Counted from the stretch's first letter, positions 41,345-56,672 are shown. The stretch: DNA of 64,000 nt from Auanema rhodensis (GCA_964057225.1 OZ059894.1:15934001-15998000), one strand, 5' to 3'. The notes: generated from the sequence alone by a model not told the origin. Made by a program: numbers and translations.

Positions 41345-44300
41345 CTAATATCCATAATTTTTCATGTCTATTTGTATAATAGGCATCTTATGACTCTTAT
41401 CATCATCATCATCATCTGAGCTTGAATCATTGGCATCTGTTCTTTCTGGTTGCTCAGGTAAATCAATGCGATAACTGAAGTAATGAAGTATTAGTAACTT
41501 AAAATATGTCAAAAATTGATTTACCCGTCGTGCATTTCAGCTACTTCTGTGGGTTCGAATGCTGGTTGATGTAACTCCGGAACGGAAGACATAGCCTGTT
41601 CTGGATTCACAGTTGGATCAAGCGTATCAACTTCCAAATCAGCACATTGTACATAGTCAATTTCGACCTAAAATATAATAATTTGGAATGCAACCATACT
41701 GTGGCTAGAGATTGAGTTAACAAACCTTGTATTGGCATTTGGCAACATAGCGAACAAATTTCTCTACTCTATCAGAATCTTCATGCTGTTCTACAGAAAC
41801 TGATCGTACTACTGTGTTTGAGACGGTTGCCAGTGGCATTGTGAAATCCACTTCACATCGTGGCAAGAAAGTCTCAGGCATTAAATCAAATGAAGATAAT
41901 TCGAAACGACATCTATAATTGTATTATGATAATAAAAATATCATTAATATTGATATACTTGAGTGAATGACTCTTATAAGCGGCATGATGCTTTTCCGGT
42001 AATCTTGGAATTCTCCAAACTAACGATCGGAAAACATGCTCATACTTTGCTTCACCAATAGCCACTTCAATCAAGTTTGGTTCATTCGATTGAACAGCTC
42101 CTAACAATCTGTCTTTCAAGTTCTAAACAAAGTTCAATTAATGTAGAAATCATTTAATTTTTGTTACCTGTACTTTTCCTGGTTTGAGTTTCTTTGAATG
42201 AACTGATCCAACTCCCCAATGTCGTTCTTCTCTAAAATCAGAATACATTATGAAACATTTTTAGAAATAATTACAATTACCTGAAAATGTAAATCCATGC
42301 TTCCGGAATAGGGAACTTGATCGCAACATCTTCACATGGAATTTGGCGTCGTGTGCTTTTTCCGCCTTTACTACGTTCAACTTCAGCAGCTGCCATAACT
42401 TCCATTCGAATCTCAACCTAAAATGAATTTAAGTTTATTCTTCATTCGTTAAATATTTATATTTTAATTAAAATAATTATACCTTAGATCCTGCAATTTT
42501 CATGATTGTTTTGATGTTCAAGAACTTTTCACGGTTACGTGGTGGTCGTACACGGAATCTCATTATCTGTATGATCAATATGTTATTAGTACGTGAAATC
42601 AGCTTTACCTCAAAGAAACATCCATCTGGTGGACTTAAACGAATAACTTGCTCTTTTTCAAATGCATCTTCATCAACAGTATTATGAAATTCTAGATTTT
42701 CAAATCGAATCCATCGTTCTGTATACATAGGTAAAATATCCTTTCTTCTTACAATTTCCTATAAATAATATAATTCGATTTGTGTACTTATATTCGAATA
42801 ATACTTTTCCTTGACGACGTCTATCATTTAGACCTATTTCTAAGAATGGTGATCCAGTTACAAAGGCTAGACAGAATAAGCGTACACGAGCTTTTTGGTC
42901 GGACACAATTCCATCTTTATCAACATAAGCAGAATATTCATCATAACAATGAACCTAAATTTAACATTTAAATATAAAATAATAAAAATAAAAATTAGTA
43001 GAACCTGCACTTCATCCTGTTTATAAAGTGGTTTTGTATCTCTTTTTGCAGAACATCTGAATAATATATCTTCTATTGTATTAACGAATGATCGAAGTTC
43101 TGGAGCATTTAGTGAACCAAATTTGAGCAATACATTACATTGAGCTGAATGCTCAAGCGGTAATCCATATTTTGTTATATGACCATCAACTAATCTAGAG
43201 ATTTGACCTAAAATTATATAATTTATAATATTCAGAATTAATTAATTATATGTTTTTATATGATTTAACTAAACTATAACTAACCTGGTCTAATTCCTAC
43301 TTTTTCCCTATATTGTACATATTGTAATTTAACCGTATGAATTTTCCCATATATATCATAGGCTTGAAGTGTTGTATCCGATAATGAATAAGTTGCTTGT
43401 AAGTGTAATTCCTTTGAAAATTATGAATATTTATTTTATTTTTTTATTTTTAACTTACTTGTATTGGCTTGCTATCTGTTTTACTATTATATAGAACCAA
43501 AACATGATCTTGCAACTTTACATAACATGGCTTCCAACAACGTTCAACCATAAACGACTTCTTCTTGATGGGGTGACTGAATATGATAATTATTTTTTAA
43601 AAAATTTAGTAAATATTCTTCTTACCGAACCATAAGCTCCCAGCCTTCACCTGCGAATTTCGGAATAAAATCTTCTAATGGCTGTGAATCATCTTCATCG
43701 TAAAGTGGTGTAGGTGTTCCATCATCTCCAGCCTTAATTAAATAATTTGTTATTATATATTAAATATTTAAATTATATATAAATATATTTAATATAATAA
43801 TACTCACTGCGCATTTGAAGTTATCCTCAAATCCTTCAGGTCTATGACTAACAGGGCTGCCTCCTTCTGGTGTTGGAGAGGACAAAGGTGGTGATTGTCT
43901 TGAAACGTAATCGAAATTAATTGGCTTTTAGAAGTATTCCGATTTACCTTCCAGGAGCATAGAAATCTACATCATCTTTTCCTTGGCACTGTTGTTGAAC
44001 TTCAACAGCTTTAGCTTTAGCAGCAGCAACAATATCTTCAACTGGGGCTACAGCGAAAGGATCATAAGTCTAAAAATCAAAAATTAATATTTTTTTCTCT
44101 TTCTTGTGTAAGTCTTACATCATCTATAAGACTTCTATCTGGAGGGGCAAATGGATCAATTTGAGTATCTGATTGTTGAACTACAGGTTCCTTATTGCTG
44201 AAGAAGCCACTTTCACTTGGTGGCAAGCAGGCTGTTGCATCAAAATCAGCCCAAGCAGGATGAGAAAGTACAGGATCACTTGGATCTCTATAAATCATAA

Positions 44301-47300
44301 AATGATGAATGATATAAAAACTAAGAAAAAAACATACAAATCTCCTTTTGGAGCAATGCTGTCTCGTTGCTGTGTTATCAGATGTGATGGCAATTCTAAC
44401 GATCCTCCAGAGTCTTGTTGAGCTTCTTTCAAAGAACTTCTAAAAGAAGAATTATAACAAACCAATAATAATAATAAACAAAACTCACTTTTTATGTGAT
44501 GGAATAGCTGATACAGAATCAGATCGTTCCAATTCCTCAGCTTTCTTCTCTTTTGGTGGAGGTGGTATTACAGGAGCTGTTTTTTCTGTTTCCATCTTAA
44601 TATTATAAATAACTTAACTGAGCTTGTGACTTTTGAAATACCTCCAAATTCATTTTTGCTGCTAGCTTTGCTGCCAGTTCTTGTGCAGCCCTATCCATAC
44701 TATCTTCTTCATCAGGATCAAACGTTGGAGATGCAACTTTTTTCCCTAAATTTCATGATAACAAATAAAATTTCATATAATATTATGCAAGTTACCTTGT
44801 TGTTTCAATTTTTTTTTCAGAATCTTTGCATTTTTCTGTTCCTCAAGACGCTTCTGAATTTCTCGCTGTGTTCCATTATGCACATAACCTTGTTCTCCTC
44901 TTTAAAAAATGCTTATTATCTCCTAAGAAATTAGAAAACACTTACCCAACATCAGCCAAATAGCTTTCATCCTTAATTTCGTTAGCAGCAGTAGTCTCAC
45001 TCAGTGTTTTTAATTGTTCCTCTGTGTTCTTAACTACTGAGCTAACCTAAAGTTATTAAGAATTTAAATAAACATATTTACTACGTTGTTTTTACTTTTT
45101 CGGTCATTTTCTTAAATACTGCCCAAGCATCTTCTTCCTTTTCTGGAATATTAGCTGGATGAGGCGCTTGAGGACGTTGTGGAGGACCTTTTGATGCTGG
45201 TGGAGGTCGAGGAGGAGCAGCTTGAACTTGTTGAGATTCTAAAATAGAAAACAATTAAAGCATCATGTGCAAGAACAATGCACCCTCTTCTGCGGTGGAT
45301 GAAACATCAGAAACATGAGTTGACTTAGGAGGAGCTGGCCTAGATGGTGGAGGTGGCCGAGGTGGTTCTTTCTTTTCCGTGATTTCCTCTGCAGGCTTTT
45401 CTACGTTGTTTTGTTGTTCATTCCAACTAAAAATAAAAGAACAATGTTTTTTTTTTCTTGAATTCTGAATACCTTGGAGCTACGAAATCAGGAACGTCAA
45501 ATGGTGGTGGCTCAGGACGATCTGGCACATTTTGGGAAGACGAATATGAATATTCTAAAATGTGAAATAAATAATTAATAATATAATGTAAAACAATTAC
45601 CAGTATTATTATAATTTTGATGATCAGATGAGTATGCTTGTTGGTCATCTTGCGAATATTTATAGCCTGATGGGTCATTATAAGATGTTTGATTATAATC
45701 ATACTGACTATTATAATCATAATGATTTTGATTACTTTCTTGATAATTTGATGTATCTGCATATTGAGTTGAATCTTGAGGCTGAGTACTATTCTGATGT
45801 TCGGTTGACTTATTATATTGCGCTGTTTCATTATATTGAGAAGCATCAGGATATTGTGTAGATGTTCCATAATCATCTGTATTATCACCGTTTTCTTGAT
45901 AACTAGAGTTGTAATCTTGAGTTTCGGCAGCTTGATTATAAGAAGTTTGATCATTGCCAGATTGATTATGGTCATATTGTTGATTTGAAGCATTTTGATC
46001 ATATCCTGTATAGGATGAATCATAACCAGGATAAGTTTGCTGATTGTATGAAGCTTGATCATCATAACCAGCAGTAGTAGATGAATAATTGGTTTGATCA
46101 TATCCGGTTTGATTATAGTTAGAATAATCATAGTTTTGGTCATAGTTAGAATTGTAGGTGTTACCATAAGAATCCGTAGCTTGATCATACCCAGCATGAA
46201 AAGCTGCAGTAGTATAATCATATTGAGTTGTGCTTTGATCATAATTATTTTGATCATAACCAGCATAATATTGATTATATTCTGTTGATTGTTGGCCATT
46301 TTCATAATATTGCTGATCAGCTTGATTTTGACTGAAATTTAAAAATATTTTATATCAAATTTAGAATATATATACATATATCAAATTTGAAATATAGTAA
46401 ATTCAAAGAAAACAAAAAAAATAGACTAATAACATACCTATAGTCATAATTTGAATCCGTAGGAACATAGTTAGGATCCGTTTCCCATTGTTGTGTTTCA
46501 TAATTCCAAATATATCCTAAAAAGTATTCAATGAACACGTTCAATAATTCAAAGGCTTCACCTGGATAAGCGTTTGGATCGTATGTTTGGTTTTCTGATG
46601 CTTCTCCTTCTTGTGCTGCTGCAACGTCTGACTCTGGCGCTAACGCAGCTTCAGTTTCTGGTACTGCAGCAGCTTCTTTTTCTGGTTCTGCAATCTCTGC
46701 TTCTGATACTGCAGCTTGCACCTGATGCTCAGCAGTATCCAGCTCATGCGTTGCAGTATCCACTTCTTGCGCTGTTGTTACTCCCTCTTGTGAAATCTCT
46801 TCACTAGTAGTTTCAGAATTCGATTGCTCAACGGCTTCTTCAGGGTTTTTTTCAATTTTATTTGAAGTATCTTCTACAGCAGCTTTGTGAATCTTCTGAA
46901 GATATATAATTTACAAAAAACAAATGTAAAGAAAACTTCTCACTTTACGAAGTTTCTTCCGTTCTTCTTGCATTTCTTCTGAGAATGTAGGTTGATCATC
47001 CTCTTCAGGCGACGACTGAAATAAAATATCCATCAATGAATTTCCTTGCATTAACAGGAATATTAAATTTATATTTGAAAATTTTCATATTTTTCCCAAA
47101 TCTTCCCTTTTACCATCAGAAAAATAATAATAATATATGTAGTATACGAATGAGAAACATTTGAATGAAAAATCTTTTTAAAAGATAAAAATTGATATAA
47201 ATTGAAATATGACGTATAATATCTATAATCTTATACATTCATATACATAAATGTAATGAGGATTGAATGAAAAAATCCTTATGCTTGAAGACTTAGGATA

Positions 47301-49551
47301 AATTATACAATAGATTCATGAAAAACTAATATAGACTAGTACTATTTCTATAACCCATGATATATGATGTAAGAAATCCAATACCACCTACTATGTTGAG
47401 AAAGTAAATGAATACATGTGAAATCATTATTGAAATAGGAAAATTGAGGCGTTAAATACGAAAAAGTTTTTTTTTCATCTTTAGAAGATGAATAGCTTTA
47501 AAACTCACAGATTGATTAGATTTCGAAGAACTAGCGACTGCGTTTTCCATTTGTAGTCGGTCTGAAAACAAAATAAGTTAGAAAAATAATTTAAATTATA
47601 AGCATGGTTAGAATAACTACGGAATTTCATGCTATAACTTCATCAGTTATTCTATGATGACCACGGATGTATGCAAAGTAGTCTCTCAAAGTAATGAAGT
47701 AAATGCTCATGTTTTCAGAGTAAAATGAGCAAAATATTCAGTGAAAATGTGTGAATTATAGTTTTTCATAGAACAAAACAAAAAAATATATTTTAAGAAA
47801 AAACAATTTGTTGATAAGGTGAAAATATCTATAGACTCGCCAATGCTCAAGGCAGCTTCGGGAGCTATAGAGGCACCATACTTGGAAAATCGATGAGTCA
47901 ACAGAGAAAGCGGAGGTGGAGGAGGAAAGAGAGAAAGAGGAAGGGAGAGAGAGAGAGAAAGATTATGTGACAGGAATGCGAGGTGCTCCACGAGAATGCT
48001 CCAATAGCAGAGATTGAATAGAGTACCAGTCATCCAAATGGCTAAGCATTTGAACTAAACCATAAGAAAACATGATCAAAAAACTTCAAAGAAGAGTATA
48101 GAATAGCAAAAAACAATAAAACAAATGTAACAAAAAGTTTTAAAAAGAAAAAGCTGAAATTCCAACCTTTCTGCTCTTCGAAATTTTCCCAATCCATGCT
48201 TGCACGCCGATGAACTACAGGATGTGGTGGTGCTTTGCTCTTATAAGCCGGATCTTCCTCCAGAATATCACCGTCATAGTTGTTAATAGGAGTTGTACGC
48301 CCAGATGCTTTACCTTTTGACTAAATTGATAATAAATGTTTTGCTAAAAAGGAATATCATAATGAAAACCTGAGATGGCATTTGTTGCGACATGTTGTCA
48401 CAAAAATCTGAATATGACATATCCGAACGTCGTCTACGTGAGCCTAAAATTGGATATAACGTTTGTAATAGTAAAATTCAGTAAATAAGTAAAATTTTAC
48501 ATTTCATATATATTTTTAGAATTTTCTTTAAGGTGGAAAAAATAAATCAACCGCATCAGCGTTGAAAATAAGCCAAATTAATTTGACGTGAAATTGACGT
48601 GAACTTGACGTACAATTTTTTGAATTACGAGAATGATCAAAAACAATTAGGCAAAAAACAACAAAAGGACCAACTCACTTGGAATAGAAACTTTGATTTT
48701 CTCATCAGGCTTTACATCGGCTGGATCTTGACCCCCAACAAAAGCAAAAGATTCAATAGTGCATTGTGAAGTTGGAGTTGTTGGACGGCGCCTTTGAACG
48801 GCGACATTATTATATTCACGACGAATGTCTTGTTCTTTTGAAGACTGAATATATAATATAGTAAAACACTAAGTTTTAAAGTTTAAAAACCTGTGTATCA
48901 TTTCCGATATTTCTTGAAAATGCTGAAGGTGGAGCTTTAGCATCTGTTGTATTTTCTTAAAAACATTAATATAATTAGAATAATAACTAAACTAATTACC
49001 TGACATAGCATGCTCAATTTCTAAATCAAGATCTTCGTCTTCGGCACGTATAAGACTTTTGTGAAGTTCTTGCTCTTGCTCAGAATGTCCAGGACCTGGC
49101 ACAGTCATTTTATACTTTTGAGTTTCACCTAATTGTGGATCGACATCTGTTTTTTTTGGTTTAATCTAAGTGCATATTTCAATGAAAATCAAATTATATA
49201 TGATTTCTTACAACTTCAATAATAGTATCATTAGTATCGCTATTCTTTAATCCCTCGATCTGATCGATGTCCAACTCGGGAGGCAGCTCAGGAGCTGTTG
49301 GAAGATCGTCACATTCGATTGATTGAGTAAATGAACGCATTGCGCGAAATGAGGCCGCACGGTCTAAACATAGCCAAATACAAACTTAATCGGAAACACA
49401 AAAAAGCTAGAAGCTGCTTCAGAAGATATGATGTAAATGCAATACCAGCGCCAGATGCGTCATCGTCGTTCGCATCGGATCCTCGAAAAGCATTTCGACC
49501 TCCATGTGGATTGAAGGGCTGATTGCTATAATTGTTCTGGCGCCAGGACAT
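41345..49551 (-). CDS. unc-41: Stonin (stoned B) endocytic adaptor with mu-homology domain; many exons
   Basis: N-terminus MSWRQ...RAASFRAMRSFTQSIE...APELPPELDIDQIEGL, YDQ-rich region, DPF motifs, stonin and mu-homology segments (AKYEHVFRSLVWRIPRLP), end MPIIQIDMKNYGY*. Confidence 0.95.
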
Positions 49552-52500
49552 CACACATCCGTCTTGAGTCGCTTAAAAATCAGAGAAAACATAATAAGTT
49601 AGTAAGAAGGGATAAGGAATAAGAAAAGAAAATCGAAATTATGATGTTTAACATGACAAATGAGAGTTGAAAGTACGAAAGATGAAATTGACGATAATAT
49701 AAGTAAAAGCTTAGACGTCTTAGTAATATATATATTGATATATACATCATATGTCAAATGGCAAAGAACATTCAAGGGGCACGTATGTATATGTACGTCA
49801 ATGAAGAAGAAAATACGAATTTTTAGAACGGGTTATAGGAAAAACGCAATTATTTTGATGATTTGTCGAGAAAAAACATTTGAGAGCAGAAGAACAAAAT
49901 AGTAAAAAAGGATTTTATTTATCATTTTGAAGATATTCTTTCAGATTTTTCTTGCATGTACTTGGGAATAAACTATGACACCACTGCATATTTTCTTTGG
50001 TCAAAAGTAAAAAAACAATTTATGTTTTTCGACAAACGACTGAAACTAGACGAAGCCGTTCACTAATGTGTTCCCAGCTACCGGGAATCGATGAATTTCC
50101 TTGGAGAAAGCTGTGATGAGCTTGGCCAATTCCCCAAGCTTTCTATTCAACTCTGCTTTCTGAAATAGCAGTAGAAAAACATGAAGAAAGTAAAGAAGAG
50201 AGAGGAAAGAAAGAAAATGAGTGAAATGAGAATAATAGCAAAATGAAAAAGAAAATGAGAAGAAGGAGCAACGTCGTTAAAGGCTTTTGGTCAGTAGCAT
50301 AGGATACACAGGAAAATGCAAATTACTTCAGAAGCTTGTAAGATCAATAAATCATGAACTGAATAAGTAATAAAGTAAGTTATAGGTTATTAAATAAAAT
50401 ATTTTAATGTTTTTAAAAAAAAAAGTAATTCATCTTGTTAATTATGAAAGATGAAATATAGTTAGAAGATGAGAAATGTATTTTTGAAGTCATTACTCAT
50501 CATTTGTTGCAAAAAAAAATGGAAAAATAGTAGTATCTATGTTTCACATACATATATAAGCATATATTATATATGGATATGTATGTATATATGCATATAT
50601 AAAACATTATTAACTATAAATATATGATATAATGTAAATAGTATAGCATAAAATAAGATGTTACTTGTAAAAGAAAAGTTATTTTTTCATCCAAAAAAAG
50701 AGCAGAAAATAAAATCTGAACAAAATATACGACGACAATGGGTTGTCATGCTAAGAAAGCCTTGCCAGAAGATCAATAAAGACCACCCAAAGGACAAATC
50801 AATATCCAAAAAGGAGTTAAAGCATGTTAAGATAATAATATTTAGTTGTTATCTAGACATTAATCAATTTTTTATTGAAAATGGAATATTTTAATTTTCG
50901 TATAATCTCAGAAAGTAGTGAAAATGAACTGAAGTGGAGTCAATGATTGGTCTATGTTCTTCCAGTTTTACTATGATGTCATTATTATATGAATTTAAGA
51001 AAAAAAGGATCTTAAAATAGATGAATATTTAAATAAATTAATATATAAATGATTTAATGAATAGAATAAATAAAAAAAACTTTAATCATATAAGTATATC
51101 TGTATATATTATAAGTCATGTCTGTATTTCTCATTTTTTCTAAGCTTTAGATCTGAGAGTAACAAACTGGGTGAAGCAAAGTAACGAATAGTGTGAAGAG
51201 AAAAGAAGACTAAAGGAAAGATAGGAAATAGACAAAAAGAAAACGAGAGAAAGAGATGGAATATTGAGGAATAAGACACAAAGAAATAGAAGAGGGGAAG
51301 AAAAAAAGAAGGGGGAAGGGGGGGGGGTGGAAGGGAGCATAGGAAGGGGGAATATTGCCAAGCTATAATGGGGAAGATCGATAGAGAGTTGCGCGGCTTC
51401 ACAGAGCATGAGAAAGAGAGAGTATAGAGGAATAGACTGGGAGACATACGGGATGCTTAGAAATAGAAGGAGAACGGCTCACCATTCGTCATTGGATGGA
51501 TAATCGATTTGAGTTGAAAAGCAGCTCTATAAGGAAGAAAGTGTGAAGCTGTTGAGATAGAGAATTGAGAATAAGCTGATGATGAGAATATGAAGACGAT
51601 CCAGCTTCAAAGTAGGTTGAAATGAAATAAGTTCTCATATCTATATATAGCATATTCTCAGCATAATTTTATAGTTAATACTTCAAAAATCTGGAGAATA
51701 AGAAAAAAGAAATGAATATCCATGAAAACTGAAAGTGAATATATTTTTTTTCTTTTGATATTCTAATGTTTTCCTTTCATTGAGTGAAAAGGTGAAACTA
51801 AAAAAGTTCATTTTCATAGATGATTAGATAGAACTTAGAAAGATCATACATTGAAAATCTGTAATTTTTAAAAATAAATAAATATTTATAAAAAATAAAA
51901 TATTTGCAGACGTACTTCCTATAAAAAAATAATAAAATAACAAATTATTTAAAATATTCTTTTTGAAATCCTTTTTCCCTCAATTAAACTTCAAAATAAT
52001 ATTCATACTGTAGATATTTCATATTTCATGCTTTATATAATCAGTTTTTCAATCATTTTGCCCAAAAAAAAAGAATAACTAGTACTTGAATTTCTTTTTT
52101 TAATATTTTTTTCTTTTTCTTTTATTCTTTTTAATATTTAATTAAAGATATACATATATACTTTCATTGTTTCACATTTGAATTTTGATCCTAATCACTA
52201 TCTCATCTCAGATATACGATATACATAGAAGTAAAACTTATAATTTTTGAATAAATTTAAGTATTCAAATAGTTTTTTATCTTATAAATATATATATTAT
52301 TTTATATTAATTATAATAGATTAGTTTTGTATTATATATTTTCTTTATAAACTAAATAATATTTTAAAAATTATACTATTTTTAAAATAAATCTATGTGA
52401 GATAGAAATTTGATTTCTAGTAGATGCTGATACAATTTTTTTTGATTTCATGTTGAAACATATGAATAAAATGACTAATTGCATTCCTTTGTATGTAGCA

Positions 52501-52867
52501 GCTTGACCCATACTTAGACAGAGAAAGTGAGAGAGTATGGAATAGAAGGAGAGAGAAACTGGCAATAGAGAAAGAAAGAGAGAGAAATTGGCAATAAAGA
52601 CAGAGAGAGAACTGGGAATAGAAATAGAGAGAGAGAAATTGGAAATAAAGAGAGAGGAACTAGGAATAGAGAGAGAGAGTCAATTCATAATATTTGATAT
52701 GTATTACATTTACAAACATATGTACATATTATATATTAATTGAAGTTTGAAATTAAGCTTTTTATGAATATTTGAGATAGTTTTACTTATAATCCTAATT
52801 ATTAAAACTTCATTTAATATTTTGATACCAGGTGTTCTTATATTTCTTTTAATTTCGTTTTCATCAA

Positions 52868-54477
52868 ATGCTCCATATTACTTTTGTGATCATGATGAAC
52901 GTTGTGATTTTTCTATTTTTTCTTAACTTTCAGAAAGTTTTGACAATAACTTGTGCATGTAAAGGATATTCAGAGTAAGTTTTCTATTTAGATACATATA
53001 CTATATTAGTTTGATTAAGATGTATGCAGACACCAAAGTCAAGTGATGAGGAGGTCTGTAATGGAAATTACTGTTTTCTGTATCGAGATTCAGAATATTC
53101 TATCAATTACCGAGCGGTAACTTGACACGTTTTTATTAATTTTTTTGTGTTTAAAAAATATAAATTTACTATTTAAAGGGCTGTTTGAGTACAGCAGAAG
53201 ATTTATCGAATTTTGGTTGTGAACGTAATCGAAAAGGCGGAATAACTTGTATATGCAGGTATAAGGATTTCAGAAATTTTGATCATATTTTTCAATATCA
53301 ATATTATTTAGTTCATCTCATTGTAATACAAATAGTTATAAAATTAATAAAGATGATATACATAATGCTACTGAATTAACATGTAACCTTGCATCAACTA
53401 GTGTACCACGAGAGCTCGGTCGTACTTGCCAAGGACATGTATGCTCAACAAATTTCTTTTTGGTTTATAAAATTTGAAAATTATTTTAAATTTTAATATT
53501 TGATTTTCAGCGGGTTAATAAGTATGATGACCTATTCACGGAAGGTATGACAGCAAGTTGTGATGGAGAATATTCAGAATTTCAAACAAGTCTACGTATT
53601 TGAAATTGAATAAAAAACTTTTTGAAAAAAAATTAATTTTCCAGGTGTTCGTAATGGACCATTGGAGGTAGCTGACGAATATTGCTATTTCATTCAAAAA
53701 AACGGTGACTTTGCACTAGCTGGATGTGTATGTTTAAAGGTATACATATATGTTATAAATATAATAATTAATGAATTAAAATATTTAATTATAAATTAAC
53801 TTATTTTCTTTTAGAATAAATGTAATACTCAAACTGTTAATCCAATCAAAATGGGTAATATACTATGTTATTCTCATGATGGATCACGTTCTGTTACATA
53901 TTGTCAAGGTATGTCTTTATATATATATATATATATATATACTATATCTATATATATATATAATATTTGAATAATGTATAATTTTATAACAATTTTAATA
54001 AACATATATTATTAATATTATACATATAATATAATAAATAATTTAATCTAATAATATCATAATCAACAAATCATTTATTTATCTTATACATAGATTTTTG
54101 ATAATTAATTTATTTTCTATTAAATCTTCTTATTATAGGTCAATTATGCTTTGCAACTAATTATCCTAATGATGATTATACTTCTCGAGGATGCATATCG
54201 TCAGATCAAGATAAAGCTCTTTTTCTTGTAAGAGTTATTTGGTCCAAGAAAGAAAGAAAAAGGAGAGAGAAAGAGAGAGATAGAGGGAGAATTGAAATAA
54301 TATTCAAATTGAAAAATATTTTTTCAGAGAGTTAATGGTAAAACTAATACGGAATATTGTGATTATGACTTATGCAATGGAATTCACTTCGAAAATGAAA
54401 CAACATTATGTAGAACTCCTCTATTCATTATTTCTATTCTGGTTTTTTCCCAATATCTGAGCAACCGGATTTCCTAA
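52868..54477 (+). CDS. Cys-rich cell-surface protein with three tandem three-finger (Ly6/uPAR-like) modules and a probable GPI-anchor signal
   Basis: Signal peptide; repeated C..C.G..C...GC...C.C....CN pattern (ICSSSHCN, VCLKNKCN, YCDYDLCN); hydrophobic C-terminus PLFIISILVFSQYL. Confidence 0.78.
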
Positions 54478-54702
54478 AAAAAAATTAAAATCTCAGATAA
54501 TAAAGATTATTTATTGTTTTTATAAAAAAATTGGATTTATAAACATGTATGTCTGTATATGTAAATTGTGATACTAAAATCAAAACTAATATTTATACAT
54601 ACATGTATATAATTCTGATTCCAATAAAATACAGTTATGACTTATGTATTTCAGAAATTGTTATTAATAATAACAAAACAAAAATTTATTGAAGAATATA
54701 CA

Positions 54703-54950
54703 AGTTATGCTTCAGAAAAAAACTTAGTTATAGATCGAGCTTTGTGCTCAGAATCATTTAAAAATATTTTTAATGAATTAACAGGTTCCTAATCTCCAAT
54801 TTTGTTAAATCAAAAAAGATTATTCAAAATAGTCAAAAAAGACTATTTTTCCTTATAAATTTAGAAAATAATATTAAAATTAGTTTTAGTTAAATTAACA
54901 AATCTGGGGCCTCTAACATAGGGGTGTGCAACCTTTATTGTACAGGACTG
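54703..54950 (-). mobile_element. Degenerate, truncated copy of the MITE at 60325-61023 (left end only, inverted)
   Basis: Reverse complement aligns to 60325-60372 and ~60478-60652 with substitutions; ends ...acaggactg|ta. Confidence 0.85.
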
Positions 54951-55325
54951 TATTTATTTATAAGAATTCTTATTTCTCTTGTTAATACGCTAATGATGTC
55001 TCCGTTTTTTCAGAAATTTGCAAATCTGCAAAAAAAAATGCTTTCCGTTCAAATGATTCACATCTTTTGAATAAAATACAATCATAAATACGAAAATTTG
55101 ATTTCAAAAGATCTGTTTGGATCATAAATGGAAACACCACGTGCTAATTAAGGAAATATTTCGACGACAATTTATTTCAAATCGTGCAGTATGCTTTTCA
55201 ATTAAAAAAATTATTTTGTTGTATATTACTGTAAATAAATTGAATTTTTTCCACTTTTCTATTAGTAATTATTATTTCAATCGATATTAATAATAAAAAT
55301 ACAAAAAGAATTATAATTCGTTATG

Positions 55326-56672
55326 TTAGGCAATCTGTGATATTCGTGCCAAATTATTTGGAAAAACAAGTAATTTCTTACGAACTCGAATCAAACATTG
55401 ACGAAGATTAGCACTACATGTGCATAATAGTATTGGTGGCAATAATGTTAATCCATCACTAACAAATGGTACAAGACTTAGAAATAAATTATTTTTTTCT
55501 CCTTTACGGGAAAATGTCATATTTACAATCTGAAAATGATTATAAGTTTTAAATTAAAATACATTTATAATAATTAAAATATAATATATAAATGTTTTTT
55601 TATTTAATTAATAGTTATTATTTGAGTAATTTTACTTCAAAATAATATAATAATTTGATTATAAATTTATTTTGTTTTCTTATCTCTCTTCTTCTTTTTT
55701 TTTTTGATCAAAACGCATTAGTGTGGATATTTTATTGAATTAACATGGTGTAAACCACTTACAGTAACACCTACGGCACAAGCTTGAATAATAAAATTTA
55801 TTAAGCTCATCACTAATAAATTTGTTTCAGATTTTTTTGTACCAAGAGTTCTGCGCTGAAAAAATTTTTGAAAAAAATAATTTAGTTATTATGTGTAATC
55901 AAACCAAACAAAGTTTGCATAATGCAGCAATATTACATATCGCACTAATTATAGTAACCACTATCATAAATGGTATAAGAGATATTGGAACTTTATCTAC
56001 TCCCTAAAAACGATATTGAGGTTAAAAAAGGTTTTAAAGTTTCTAAGTTTGGATACCTCCCATTTAGTGTAGAAAGCATCAGAAGCACTATCATACATGT
56101 ATATTGATTCATATAAAAGAATATTATAATCAAATACAATTGGACCAAAACAGGCAAGTAACGTAATAGGAATAGTTATAAATTCCCATATCTTAAATAA
56201 ATATAAATAATAATTTTGATAATATAACAACTGCTTATATGAAACATACTTTTTCATAATCAAATGGAAAATATATCATAGAACATCGATTAATTGATGT
56301 TAACATAATCATTGAATATTGAATATAAGCAAAATGATATTGTAGAAAAGTAAAATAGTTTAAACACGGAATAATATTTGATTGGAAGAATGGGGAAAGA
56401 ATACAAGACCAACATGTATTGTTAGGTAAGCGTATAGTTATAAATTGATTAAAAAATGTCCATATATTCTATAAAAAACATATTATATCTATCTATCTAT
56501 CTATATATTATATAAATCTTACAATAATAGTTGAAGCTAAATAAAGTTTAAAGAATGATGAATTGAAAAGCTTCCAATTACGGATAATAATTCTGGCTAC
56601 AATGACGTAACATATCATAGCTGCCATACCATATGTTGTGGTTATTACAAATTTAAAAGAAGTTAGTGACAT
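55326..56672 (-). CDS. Serpentine chemoreceptor, Srg family; ~6 exons
   Basis: YG in TM1, FNSSFFKLY, ITIRLP, QYHFAYIQY, SINRCSMIYFP, ETNL, VPFVSDGLTL..P motifs; 7 hydrophobic segments. Confidence 0.9.

Noticed and set aside
43750-43801. AT-only imperfect palindrome in an unc-41 intron
   Set aside because: Expected by chance in nearly pure A/T sequence.
45427-46305. 292 aa Ile/Met-rich ORF in the track
   Set aside because: It is the off-frame reading of the YDQ-rich unc-41 exon on the same strand; the splice sites fit the other frame.
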